Below, in pieces: positions 1-7,989 of a DNA stretch of 64,000 nucleotides (position 1 is its first letter; every line of letters begins with the position of its first letter). Under the pieces are notes generated by a model. The model made no database searches and was not told the DNA's origin. It was given only the letters and a program-made list of their open reading frames with translations. The position numbers were made by a program, and so were the translations under genes. Origin of the DNA: Gammaproteobacteria bacterium (GTDB lineage: Bacteria > Pseudomonadota > Gammaproteobacteria > Eutrophobiales > Eutrophobiaceae); assembly GCA_965601665.1 (NCBI GenBank), contig OZ271833.1:2146607-2210606 (forward strand). Reading direction: 5' to 3'.

Positions 1-468
1 AGGCTCCTGTGCTATTTCAGGTACCAGCTCACTATGTATGACCTTATCGTTTTCATCCAGCACCAGTACCGCACGCGCTGTTATGCCTGCCAGCGGACCA
101 TCCTCGATTAATACACCGTAGTCCTTGGCAAAATTACGTGAACGCATCATGGATAACGGTATTACATTATCGGCCCCTTCTGCCGTGCAGAACCTCGACA
201 TCGCAAAAGGAAGATCAGCTGAAATCATCAAAAAAACCGCATTGGACTTCTCTTTTGCTGCATCATTGAATTTCTTGGTAGATGTGGCACACACCGGGGT
301 ATCCAGACTTGGAACAATGCTTAGCAGTTTCTTTTTGCCGGCGTATGTCGACAGCGACACGTTGTTGAGTTCAGCATCTACCAGATTAAGTTCCGGCGCA
401 CTTTCCCCGACAGCAGGCAGGTCGCCGCTGGTATGTATTTCTGTTCCTTGTAGTGTAATGGTTGCCAT
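1..468 (-). CDS. tpx: Thiol peroxidase Tpx (C-terminus runs off the window start)
   Basis: My own reverse-strand translation gives [29 protein letters not shown]...[10 protein letters not shown]...FCTAEG, with peroxidatic and resolving Cys in Tpx-like context. AGGAG lies 7 nt upstream of the ATG at 466-468. The listed + strand ORF 125-490 is its antisense. Confidence 0.85.
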   Translation of the reverse strand, partial: MATITLQGTEIHTSGDLPAVGESAPELNLVDAELNNVSLSTYAGKKKLLSIVPSLDTPVCATSTKKFNDAAKEKSNAVFLMISADLPFAMSRFCTAEGADNVIPLSMMRSRNFAKDYGVLIEDGPLAGITARAVLVLDENDKVIHSELVPEIAQEP

Positions 469-472
469 GTTG

Positions 473-862
473 TTACTCCTCTTCCGTTAATTGTGTATAG
501 GCATCAGCATCAAGCAATTCTTCCAGTTCGGATTTATCGTCCATTGCAATAATAAAAATCCAGCCGTCGGCATAGGGATCGCTATTGATGATTTCCGGTG
601 AATCTTCCAGTGCGGAATTAACTTCTACAATACTTCCACTGACGGGGCATATAATATCAGAGGTAGATTTCACTGATTCTACAACCGCACACTCTTCTTC
701 CTGTTCAAAACTACGACCCAGCTCGGGCGGCTCAACAAAAACAATATCGCCAAGCTCATCCTGGGCAAAATCAGTTATGCCAGCACGGTATTTTCCATCA
801 CCAACATGCTCTATCCAGAGATGATGGCTCGTATATAGTAATTCTCCAGGTATATGATGCAT
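473..862 (-). CDS. gcvH: Glycine cleavage system H protein (lipoyl carrier)
   Basis: 129 aa with a lipoyl-lysine motif (VESVKSTSD) and a typical GcvH length and acidic C-terminus. No gcvT or gcvP is adjacent. Confidence 0.85.
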   Translation of the reverse strand: MHHIPGELLYTSHHLWIEHVGDGKYRAGITDFAQDELGDIVFVEPPELGRSFEQEEECAVVESVKSTSDIICPVSGSIVEVNSALEDSPEIINSDPYADGWIFIIAMDDKSELEELLDADAYTQLTEEE

Positions 863-955
863 AAAAGGTTCTCTATAGCGGGTTTATGTTCAGTTAGAGC
901 CTTGTATAGTGTAGGTCACCACGCTGTGCTGTTCCAGCTTGCCCGCAGCCCTGCT

Positions 956-2008
956 TCAGGACTGAACCGGAAACATAACCAGGTGATCAATATCAAGACG
1001 TATACCAATGGCTTCATGCACAGGATGGTCGTGATGACTGGGTACAAGGCTTAGTAAACGCATACCATCAGGGCCTTCCAGTGTATACAGGAAATTGGCG
1101 CCCCTGAATGCCTTATCTAAAACTACGGCACGCATGTGACTATGATCATCATGCACTATGTCATCCGGTCGTATCAGCACATCAACCTTTACACCGGAAT
1201 CGAACGCATGCCCGGCCTTGTTCTTGATAATGCCAATCTCTGTCTTAACTTCAGTTGCGGATATAACCTGGCCTGCAATGAATACGCCTTCACCAATCAG
1301 ATCAGCAACCTGTTCGGTTGCTGGTTGATGATAAAGATTAAATGCCGAGTCCCATTGTAATAGCTGGCCCTTATCCATGACCCCTATCACATCGGCCATT
1401 GCAAATGCCTCCAGTTGATTATGACTGACCATAATTGCCGTCACGCCATCGTGTTTCAATATATGCCTGAGCTCCAGTGCAAGTTGTTCACGCAGCTCTA
1501 CATCCAGCGAAGCAAATGGTTCGTCCAGTAACATGACCCTCGGTCGTGGCGCCATCGCTCTCGCCAGCGCAACGCGTTGTTGCTGACCCCCGGATAATTG
1601 ATGCGGAAATTTGTTGACATGTTCCTGCAGGGAGAGCAATTCAAGCAACTCCTCCAGCCTGTCAGCAGCCCTGCTTGAATGCCGCTGTTGCAAGCCAAAT
1701 TTAATATTATCGGCGACATCAAGGTGCGGGAATAATGCAAAGTCCTGGAAGACCATACCGATTTCCCTTTCTTCAACAGGCACTACATGATCCCCGTTAC
1801 TGGCACGAATACCATTAAGCCACACTTCACCATGCCGAGGTTTTTCAAAACCTGCAATACAACGCAGCAACGTGGTTTTACCGCAACCGCTGGGACCGAG
1901 GATACTGGCTATCCACGCTTCTGGTAACGCAAAACTGATCCCATCCAGTATTGAACGCCCGCCTTTTGCAACCGACAATTCCCTCGTTTCAACTATACTA
2001 TGCATCAC
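956..2008 (-). CDS. fbpC: Fe(3+) ABC transporter ATP-binding protein (FbpC/PotA-like)
   Basis: Walker A GPSGCGKTT, signature LSGGQQQRVALARA, Walker B LLDEPF, and a C-terminal TOBE-like domain. Confidence 0.85.
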   Translation of the reverse strand: MMHSIVETRELSVAKGGRSILDGISFALPEAWIASILGPSGCGKTTLLRCIAGFEKPRHGEVWLNGIRASNGDHVVPVEEREIGMVFQDFALFPHLDVADNIKFGLQQRHSSRAADRLEELLELLSLQEHVNKFPHQLSGGQQQRVALARAMAPRPRVMLLDEPFASLDVELREQLALELRHILKHDGVTAIMVSHNQLEAFAMADVIGVMDKGQLLQWDSAFNLYHQPATEQVADLIGEGVFIAGQVISATEVKTEIGIIKNKAGHAFDSGVKVDVLIRPDDIVHDDHSHMRAVVLDKAFRGANFLYTLEGPDGMRLLSLVPSHHDHPVHEAIGIRLDIDHLVMFPVQS

Positions 2009-3683
2009 CTGGTCTCGAGCGTCTGATACTGTTACTGATTAAAATGACAGGGATAATACCGGCAAGAACAATTGCCAAAGCCGGCACGGCTGCATCTGCC
2101 AACAATTCTTCGTTTGCGAGTTCATAGGCACGCACCGCAAGGGTATTAAAATTAAACGGCCGCAAGATTAACGTCGCGGGCAATTCTTTCATGACATCAA
2201 CAAATACCAGCAGTATCGCGGTCAGCAGGCTACCGCGCATCATTGGCATATGAATGCGACGCAATATAGCGGCGGTCGACAAACCGGATGTCCTTGCTAC
2301 CTCGTCCATTGCCGGTTTGATCTTGGCCAGGGCTGCTTCTGTCGTATTGATTGAGATAGCAAGAAACCTTACGAGATAGGCAAAAACAACAGTAAACAGC
2401 GTGCCGCTGAACAACAGGCCACTACTAATTCCAAAACTATTGGTAAGAAAACTATCGACAAAATTATCGAACCAGGCAAACGGTACCAATACACCAACGG
2501 CGATTACCGTTCCCGGTATGGCATATCCCATACTCACTATTCTAACCAGTATTGCATTAAGTAACGACGCGTTATTTCGCTTGCTGTAAGTCATAAGCAA
2601 CGCAATACACAGGGCCAGCAATGCCGTAAACAGGGCCAACATAAAACTGTTAGCAAGCAATAGATAAAACCCTTGATCAATGACACGCGTAAAGGTTGAC
2701 AACGCCCATTGCAACAACAGCAGGAACGGCAACACAAACCCAAGCAGCACAGGCAATGAACAAAAACAGGATGCCAGCATTGCAGCGCCGGGGCGGAGAC
2801 GCTGTTGTAACAGGCTACTGTATCGGGAACTGGTATGATGGTAACGCGCCAGCCTCCTTGATCGCCGTTCCAGATACAGGAACACAGCAACAAACATCAA
2901 CAGCATGGCAGACAACTGCGCCGCTGCGATACCATCGCCCATACCAAACCAGATTCGAAAGATACCCGTGGTGAATGCTGACACACCAAAATACTGGACA
3001 GTGCCGTAGTCAGCGAGTGTCTCCATCACGACCAGGGAGAGACCAACAATTATCGCGGGCCTGGCCAAGGGCAGGGCCACACGGAAAAATGCGGCACGTT
3101 GATTACAGCCCAGTGTACGTGACACTTCCAATACACAAACAGACTGCTCAATAAACGCTGCTCGCGATAACAGATAAACATAGGGATATAAAACCAGCGA
3201 CAGCATCGCGATCGCACCACCAATTGAACGTATTTCCGGAAACCAGTAATCACGGTATGACCAACCCATGATCTCTCGTAGCTGTGTTTGTATCGGCCCA
3301 GCCACGTCAAGAAATCCAGTGTAACTGTAAGCGATGATATAAGCAGGCATGGCCATCGGTAATAACAGTGCCCACTCAAGATAACGCGAGAGCGGGAAAC
3401 GATACATGGTAACCAGCCAGGCCGGCACGACACCAAGCACCAAACTCAGCAGACCCACGCCGCACATCAATAGCAGCGAATGAAGAACGTAGTCAGATAA
3501 AACGGTGGTATAGAGATGTGTCCAGATTTCAGTTGCCGGATAAAACAGGGAGCCAATAATGACAAAAACGGGGACGCAAAAAAGTACGGTAATGCAAAGC
3601 AACAGTAACCTGCTCCCGTGTCTGGCATATGCGGACCGATTGGAGTTCGTCAGGTGTTCTGCTTGTGTGGCGCTATAGTCCAA
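1998..3683 (-). CDS. fbpB: Fe(3+) ABC transporter permease, two-domain (FbpB-like)
   Basis: 561 aa polytopic membrane protein with duplicated permease halves. Lies between the substrate-binding protein and ATPase genes and overlaps fbpC by 11 nt. Confidence 0.8.
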   Translation of the reverse strand: MDYSATQAEHLTNSNRSAYARHGSRLLLLCITVLFCVPVFVIIGSLFYPATEIWTHLYTTVLSDYVLHSLLLMCGVGLLSLVLGVVPAWLVTMYRFPLSRYLEWALLLPMAMPAYIIAYSYTGFLDVAGPIQTQLREIMGWSYRDYWFPEIRSIGGAIAMLSLVLYPYVYLLSRAAFIEQSVCVLEVSRTLGCNQRAAFFRVALPLARPAIIVGLSLVVMETLADYGTVQYFGVSAFTTGIFRIWFGMGDGIAAAQLSAMLLMFVAVFLYLERRSRRLARYHHTSSRYSSLLQQRLRPGAAMLASCFCSLPVLLGFVLPFLLLLQWALSTFTRVIDQGFYLLLANSFMLALFTALLALCIALLMTYSKRNNASLLNAILVRIVSMGYAIPGTVIAVGVLVPFAWFDNFVDSFLTNSFGISSGLLFSGTLFTVVFAYLVRFLAISINTTEAALAKIKPAMDEVARTSGLSTAAILRRIHMPMMRGSLLTAILLVFVDVMKELPATLILRPFNFNTLAVRAYELANEELLADAAVPALAIVLAGIIPVILISNSIRRSRPGDA

Positions 3684-3693
3684 CTGTCGTCGT

Positions 3694-4698
3694 TTATTTC
3701 CAGCCTGCGCGATCCATCAACAACACGGCACGGGCATTAAATTCACCGAGCTTTCCCAGATTCAAGGTGTCTGCCTTGAACTCTCCCCAGCCAGACAAAA
3801 CGGCACTAGTTGCAACACCTTCACGCACCGGAAACTCATGATTGGTTTCACCATACCATTGCTGGGCCTTATCACCGGCAAGGAACTCAAGCAGCTTGAT
3901 GGCGGCAGTTTTGTTTGGCGCATGCTTCGTTATGCCTGCACCACTGACATTCATATGGGTGCCACGGCCGGCCTGGTTCGGCCAAAACAGACTGACCTTA
4001 TGCGCTAATTCAATCTGGTCTGCCTGGTCAGATTCCAGCATACCCGCCAGGTAATACGTGTTAACGAGAGCGACATCGCAAACCCCAACAGCGACCGCCT
4101 TAATCTGATCGCGATCACCTCCCTTTGGACTACGGGCAAAATTATCAACTAGGTCCCTTGCCCATGCTTCGGTCTTGTCTTCACCAAGGTGGGCGACCAG
4201 TGAAGCGACCAAAGACTGATTGTAAACGTTCGAGGAAGAACGAACGCATACCCTGTTCTTCCATATAGCGTCCGCCAGATTTTCATAAGAAGACAGTTCA
4301 CCAGGACTGACACGCTCCGGCGCATACACCATAATGCGAGAACGTAGTGACAAACCATACCATTGTCCATCTGCATCACGGTAGTTAGCCGGTATCAGCG
4401 CATTGAGCAGTTCTGATTTTACCGGTTGAAACAGGCCAAGTTCGCTGGCACGCGTTAAGCGGGCTACGTCAACGGTCAGAAGCATATCTGCAGGGGAATT
4501 TCGTCCTTCCGCCTCCAGGCGCTTGATCAAGGTATCTGCCTCTCCTGTCACCAGGTTTACCTTTATCCCGGTTTGCTCGGTGAAGCGCAGCAATAATGGC
4601 TTAATCAGGTTTTGCTTGCGCGCTGAGTAGATGTTTACTTCTTCTGCAAATACATTCGGCTGGAACAATAACAGGATAATAAAGAGGTACTTCTTCAT
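3694..4698 (-). CDS. fbpA: Fe(3+) ABC transporter periplasmic substrate-binding protein
   Basis: Start trimmed to MKKYLFIILLLFQPNVFA (signal peptide) at 4698. The listed ORF starts at an upstream Met. Confidence 0.8.
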   Translation of the reverse strand: MKKYLFIILLLFQPNVFAEEVNIYSARKQNLIKPLLLRFTEQTGIKVNLVTGEADTLIKRLEAEGRNSPADMLLTVDVARLTRASELGLFQPVKSELLNALIPANYRDADGQWYGLSLRSRIMVYAPERVSPGELSSYENLADAIWKNRVCVRSSSNVYNQSLVASLVAHLGEDKTEAWARDLVDNFARSPKGGDRDQIKAVAVGVCDVALVNTYYLAGMLESDQADQIELAHKVSLFWPNQAGRGTHMNVSGAGITKHAPNKTAAIKLLEFLAGDKAQQWYGETNHEFPVREGVATSAVLSGWGEFKADTLNLGKLGEFNARAVLLMDRAGWK

Positions 4699-4920
4699 AA
4701 CAACCTTGAAAGTGATTCGTCTAAATAGGAGATGAATTATATGGGATTCACACTGTTTTGTTCTATTAACGCTAACAGGCCTCATGCTGTAACGATACAA
4801 TAAAAAAAAGGTGCCATGAGACACCCTGAACATTGCTACCAGAGATGTAGAAGTGTTACTAAAAAATAAATGGGCTACCTTTGTAAAATTCTTGTAGTTT
4901 AATCATTATTCATCTATTGA

Positions 4921-4940
4921 GAATGCGAATCATTATTATC
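4921..4940. promoter_or_regulatory. Fur-box-like site (GAATGCGAATCATTATTATC) between bfd and fbpA
   Basis: Matches the GATAATGATAATCATTATC consensus in about 15 of 19 positions. An overlapping second partial box TTAATCATTATTCATC sits at 4899-4914. Confidence 0.5.
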
Positions 4941-4961
4941 ACTGGAGTAAAAAAAAACCGT

Positions 4962-5159
4962 TTATATTCCCAGTGCTGGCATGCCTTCGAGGTCTTTTTC
5001 CAATGATCGTTGCAAGCAAGCTGCAACATCACAGGCGCAGGATCCACATTGGGTGCTGGCGCCGGTATGGTCTTCCAGTTGACGAATGCTGTTACAACCT
5101 TGATTGACCGCTTTTTCAATATCTGATTCGGTCACGGCATTGCAAACGCATACATACAT
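4962..5159 (-). CDS. bfd: Bacterioferritin-associated ferredoxin (BFD-like [2Fe-2S])
   Basis: 65 aa MYVCVCNAVTE...CGSCACDV with the BFD four-Cys pattern. Located directly downstream of bfr as in other proteobacteria. Confidence 0.85.
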   Translation of the reverse strand: MYVCVCNAVTESDIEKAVNQGCNSIRQLEDHTGASTQCGSCACDVAACLQRSLEKDLEGMPALGI

Positions 5160-5201
5160 AAATTAAGAATCTCCCAGATACTATAAGTAGGAATACTAGT
5201 A

Positions 5202-5220
5202 GTAATGAGAATTATTATCA
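5202..5220. promoter_or_regulatory. Fur-box-like site (TAATGAGAATTATTATC) in the bfd promoter region
   Basis: About 14 of 16 matches to the Fur consensus core, 43-60 bp upstream of the bfd start. bfd is classically Fur-repressed. Confidence 0.55.
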
Positions 5221-5232
5221 ACATAAAAACAC

Positions 5233-5262
5233 AAAAAAAAGGGCAATTATTGCCCTTTTTCT
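5233..5262. terminator. Rho-independent terminator, bidirectional (A8-GGGCAATTATTGCCC-T5)
   Basis: Perfect GGGCAA/TTGCCC stem flanked by an A-run and a T-run, placed after the bfrB stop on the minus strand. Confidence 0.7.
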
Positions 5263-5283
5263 AATTATTTCATTAGAAATCAA

Positions 5284-5751
5284 TTACATCTGGGATTGCA
5301 GATAATTTTCCATGCCAATTTTCTCAATCAAGCCAAGTTGCTGTTCCAGCCAGTAAGCATGGTCTTCTTCTGTGTCCTTAAGTAAAACCTCAAGTAGCTC
5401 CCTGGTCGGGTAGTCTCGTTCAGCTTCACAGATAACGATAGCCTCTTTGAGATTTGCTACCACATCAATCTCCAGCCTGAGATCGCTGGACAACATCTCA
5501 GTCACATCTTTACCTATCTGCAGCCCTTCACGCCTGGTCATATCAGGTGTGCCTTCCAGAAACAGGATGCGCTTGATGATAGTGTCAGCATGCTCAGTTT
5601 CATGCTGCATTTCATGGCCAATATGCTCATAGAGCTTGGTTAGTCCCCAGTCTTCATACATGCGTGAATGAATAAAGTACTGGTCAATTGCCGCCAGTTC
5701 ACCGGCCAGCAATTTATTTAACTGTTTAATTACTTTGTTACTACCTTTCAT
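5284..5751 (-). CDS. bfr: Bacterioferritin subunit (paralog lacking the Met52 haem ligand)
   Basis: [24 protein letters not shown] with ferroxidase ligands conserved (E18, E51, H54, E94, E127, H130 by alignment to E. coli Bfr). The position aligned to Met52 is Thr (HETEHAD). Confidence 0.85.
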   Translation of the reverse strand: MKGSNKVIKQLNKLLAGELAAIDQYFIHSRMYEDWGLTKLYEHIGHEMQHETEHADTIIKRILFLEGTPDMTRREGLQIGKDVTEMLSSDLRLEIDVVANLKEAIVICEAERDYPTRELLEVLLKDTEEDHAYWLEQQLGLIEKIGMENYLQSQM

Positions 5752-5769
5752 CGCGATTTACCGCCATCG

Positions 5770-6234
5770 TTACATTTGTGATTGCTGATAGTTGTCGAGG
5801 CCGATGCGTTCAATCAAGTCCAGTTGGGTCTCCAGCCAGTCAACGTGCTCTTCCTCACTCTCCAGGATTGATTCAAATAACTCACGCGATACGAAGTCGT
5901 TGACTGACTCACAATAATCAATTGCGTCGCGCAGATCAGGCACGGCGATGTTTTCCATGTCCAGATCAGCCTGCAGCATTTCCCTGGTATTTTCACCAAT
6001 TTTAAGTTTTCCAAGGTCTTGCAGGTTCGGCAGTCCCTCAAGAAACAGGATCCGTTCGATGAGCTTATCGGCGTGCTTCATTTCGTCGATTGACTCCTCG
6101 TATTCATGGTCACCCAATTGCTTCAAACCCCAGTCTTTATACATGCGAGAGTGCAAAAAGTACTGGTTGATCGCAGTTAATTCGTTCTTAAGTATTTTGT
6201 TCAAATGCTCGATAACTTTCTTGTCGCCTTTCAT
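5770..6234 (-). CDS. bfr: Bacterioferritin subunit (Met52-containing paralog)
   Basis: Start trimmed to [25 protein letters not shown] carries the E51-M52-H54 triad, with high identity to E. coli Bfr. Confidence 0.85.
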   Translation of the reverse strand: MKGDKKVIEHLNKILKNELTAINQYFLHSRMYKDWGLKQLGDHEYEESIDEMKHADKLIERILFLEGLPNLQDLGKLKIGENTREMLQADLDMENIAVPDLRDAIDYCESVNDFVSRELFESILESEEEHVDWLETQLDLIERIGLDNYQQSQM

Positions 6235-6320
6235 GATTCGCATCCAATTTGGTTTCAGAGTTAGCTGGAATAATAGGAGTAAATAATGCGATGTCAACAA
6301 TAAGTGCTTGTTTTATAATT

Positions 6321-6337
6321 GATAATTATTATTATTT
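6321..6337. promoter_or_regulatory. Weaker Fur-box-like AT-rich dyad (GATAATTATTATTATTT) upstream of bfr
   Basis: About 13 of 16 matches to the Fur core in the bfr/lemA divergent intergenic region. Confidence 0.3.
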
Positions 6338-6412
6338 ATATTTGATGCGCAGACCGCTCAGCTGAGCAAATAGCGTCTACAATAACCAGACTCACTCGCA
6401 GGAGAGACAAAG

Positions 6413-6985
6413 ATGGATCTATCAACAATCATTTTTCTGGGCATAGTCGTGGCTGCTGGTGTTTATGGCGTCACCATTTACAACAATCTCGTCTCACTCA
6501 AACACAACGTCTCCAAGGCGTGGTCAAACATCGATGTTTTGTTAAAACAGCGACATGACGAACTGCCTAAACTGGTAGAAACCTGCAAACAGTACATGGG
6601 CTATGAGCAGGAGACATTGGAAAAGGTCATGTTGGCTCGTTCGGCGGTTGCGTCGGCACGCGAACAGGGTGATGTTGCATCACTTGGACCCGCAGAAACC
6701 CAGTTACGTCTGGGCCTGGGTAATTTGTTTGCCCTGGCCGAGGATTACCCCGATCTAAAGGCCAATGAAAACTTCAAACATTTGCAACAGCGTATCTCGG
6801 GGCTGGAAGAGTCCATAGCCGATCGACGTGAGTTCTATAACGAAACAGTGAATGCCAACAATGTTAGAATTGAACAGTTTCCAGACGTCATTGTTGCACG
6901 GCTGCTTAACTTTGGCGCCCGCGACTTGCTTGAGTTTAGCGAGGAAGAAACACGCGACGTAGACGTCAAGGCTTTATTCAGCTGA
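6413..6985 (+). CDS. lemA: LemA family membrane protein
   Basis: 190 aa with an N-terminal TM segment followed by a LemA-type helical domain (NLVSLKHNVSKAWSNIDVLLKQRHDELPKLVE). Confidence 0.8.
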   Translation: MDLSTIIFLGIVVAAGVYGVTIYNNLVSLKHNVSKAWSNIDVLLKQRHDELPKLVETCKQYMGYEQETLEKVMLARSAVASAREQGDVASLGPAETQLRLGLGNLFALAEDYPDLKANENFKHLQQRISGLEESIADRREFYNETVNANNVRIEQFPDVIVARLLNFGARDLLEFSEEETRDVDVKALFS

Positions 6986-6988
6986 TAG

Positions 6989-7936
6989 ATGTCCAATGCA
7001 CTGCACGAACTGACGACGTGGGCCAGGTCAGGACCAACTGATGAATTCTGGTTCTGGGCTATTGCCCTGATCGTGTTCGCTTTAGTCAGTTTTTTTTTCG
7101 CATTTCACTACCTGCATAAGAAACGCACCATTGAGGATATACCCACGTCCAGGATACGTTCTGCTGCGCAAGGCTACCTGGAGCTTATTGGCAGTAGCGA
7201 AGTCATGGAAGGCCAGCCAATTATTGCCCCACTGACTGGAAGCCATTGCTCGTGGTACCAGTTCACGGTGGAAGAGAAAGTAAAAACCAATAACCGCTCC
7301 GACTGGAAAACCATACGCAAAGGCACCAGTGATGAACTGTTTCTGATACGCGACGAAACCGGCGACTGTGTCGTCGACCCTGAAGGCGCACATGTTGTCG
7401 TCGTCAGCAAGGACACGTGGTATGGCAACCAGGTAACGCCAATGCGTAAACCGCTGACCACAGGCAGGCAGTGGCTTAGCGTTAGCAGTGGCCGCTATCG
7501 TTATACAGAAAAGCGCCTTGGCATTGGCGAGCATTTGTTTGCAATCGGACTGTTTAAAACAACAGGCGGTTCTGGCGCAAAGCTGAATGTGAATGATGAC
7601 GTGCGTGAACTAATCCGGGAATGGAAACAGGACAGTGAAAGACTGTTAAAAAAATTCGATGGTAATGGTGATGGCGAAATCAGCATGGAAGAATGGCAGC
7701 AGGTCAGGGATGCGGCTTACAAGGAAGTACAGGAAAATCACAGGCAACAAAAGACGCTGCCGCCGGTCCATCTTATGTCACGTACACGTGACAAACGCCG
7801 ACCTTTCATCCTGTCTGCGGTGCCGGAAGAAGAGCTGACCAGCAAGTTTCACTGGTATTCCCTTTTCTGTTTCAGTGCCTTTGTTGCAGCCGGAAGCAGC
7901 TCGGCATGGCTGATTGTTTTGCGGCTGGCGAGTTAA
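6989..7936 (+). CDS. Membrane protein with a GIDE-like domain and a canonical EF-hand Ca-binding loop
   Basis: N-terminal TM helix and a GIDE-like core (GYLELIGSSEV...PLTGSHCSWYQFTVEE). Perfect EF loop DGNGDGEISMEE and a C-terminal TM helix. Genetically coupled to lemA with a 3-nt gap. Confidence 0.55.
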   Translation: MSNALHELTTWARSGPTDEFWFWAIALIVFALVSFFFAFHYLHKKRTIEDIPTSRIRSAAQGYLELIGSSEVMEGQPIIAPLTGSHCSWYQFTVEEKVKTNNRSDWKTIRKGTSDELFLIRDETGDCVVDPEGAHVVVVSKDTWYGNQVTPMRKPLTTGRQWLSVSSGRYRYTEKRLGIGEHLFAIGLFKTTGGSGAKLNVNDDVRELIREWKQDSERLLKKFDGNGDGEISMEEWQQVRDAAYKEVQENHRQQKTLPPVHLMSRTRDKRRPFILSAVPEEELTSKFHWYSLFCFSAFVAAGSSSAWLIVLRLAS

Positions 7937-7989
7937 TGCCCGATGACTTAACATCCGGGCAATCTATTAATCAATTACACTGTAGAAGT

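Noticed and set aside
125-490. Listed 121-aa plus-strand ORF
   Set aside because: It is antisense to a clear Tpx reading frame on the minus strand (1-468), which has conserved peroxiredoxin Cys motifs and its own RBS.
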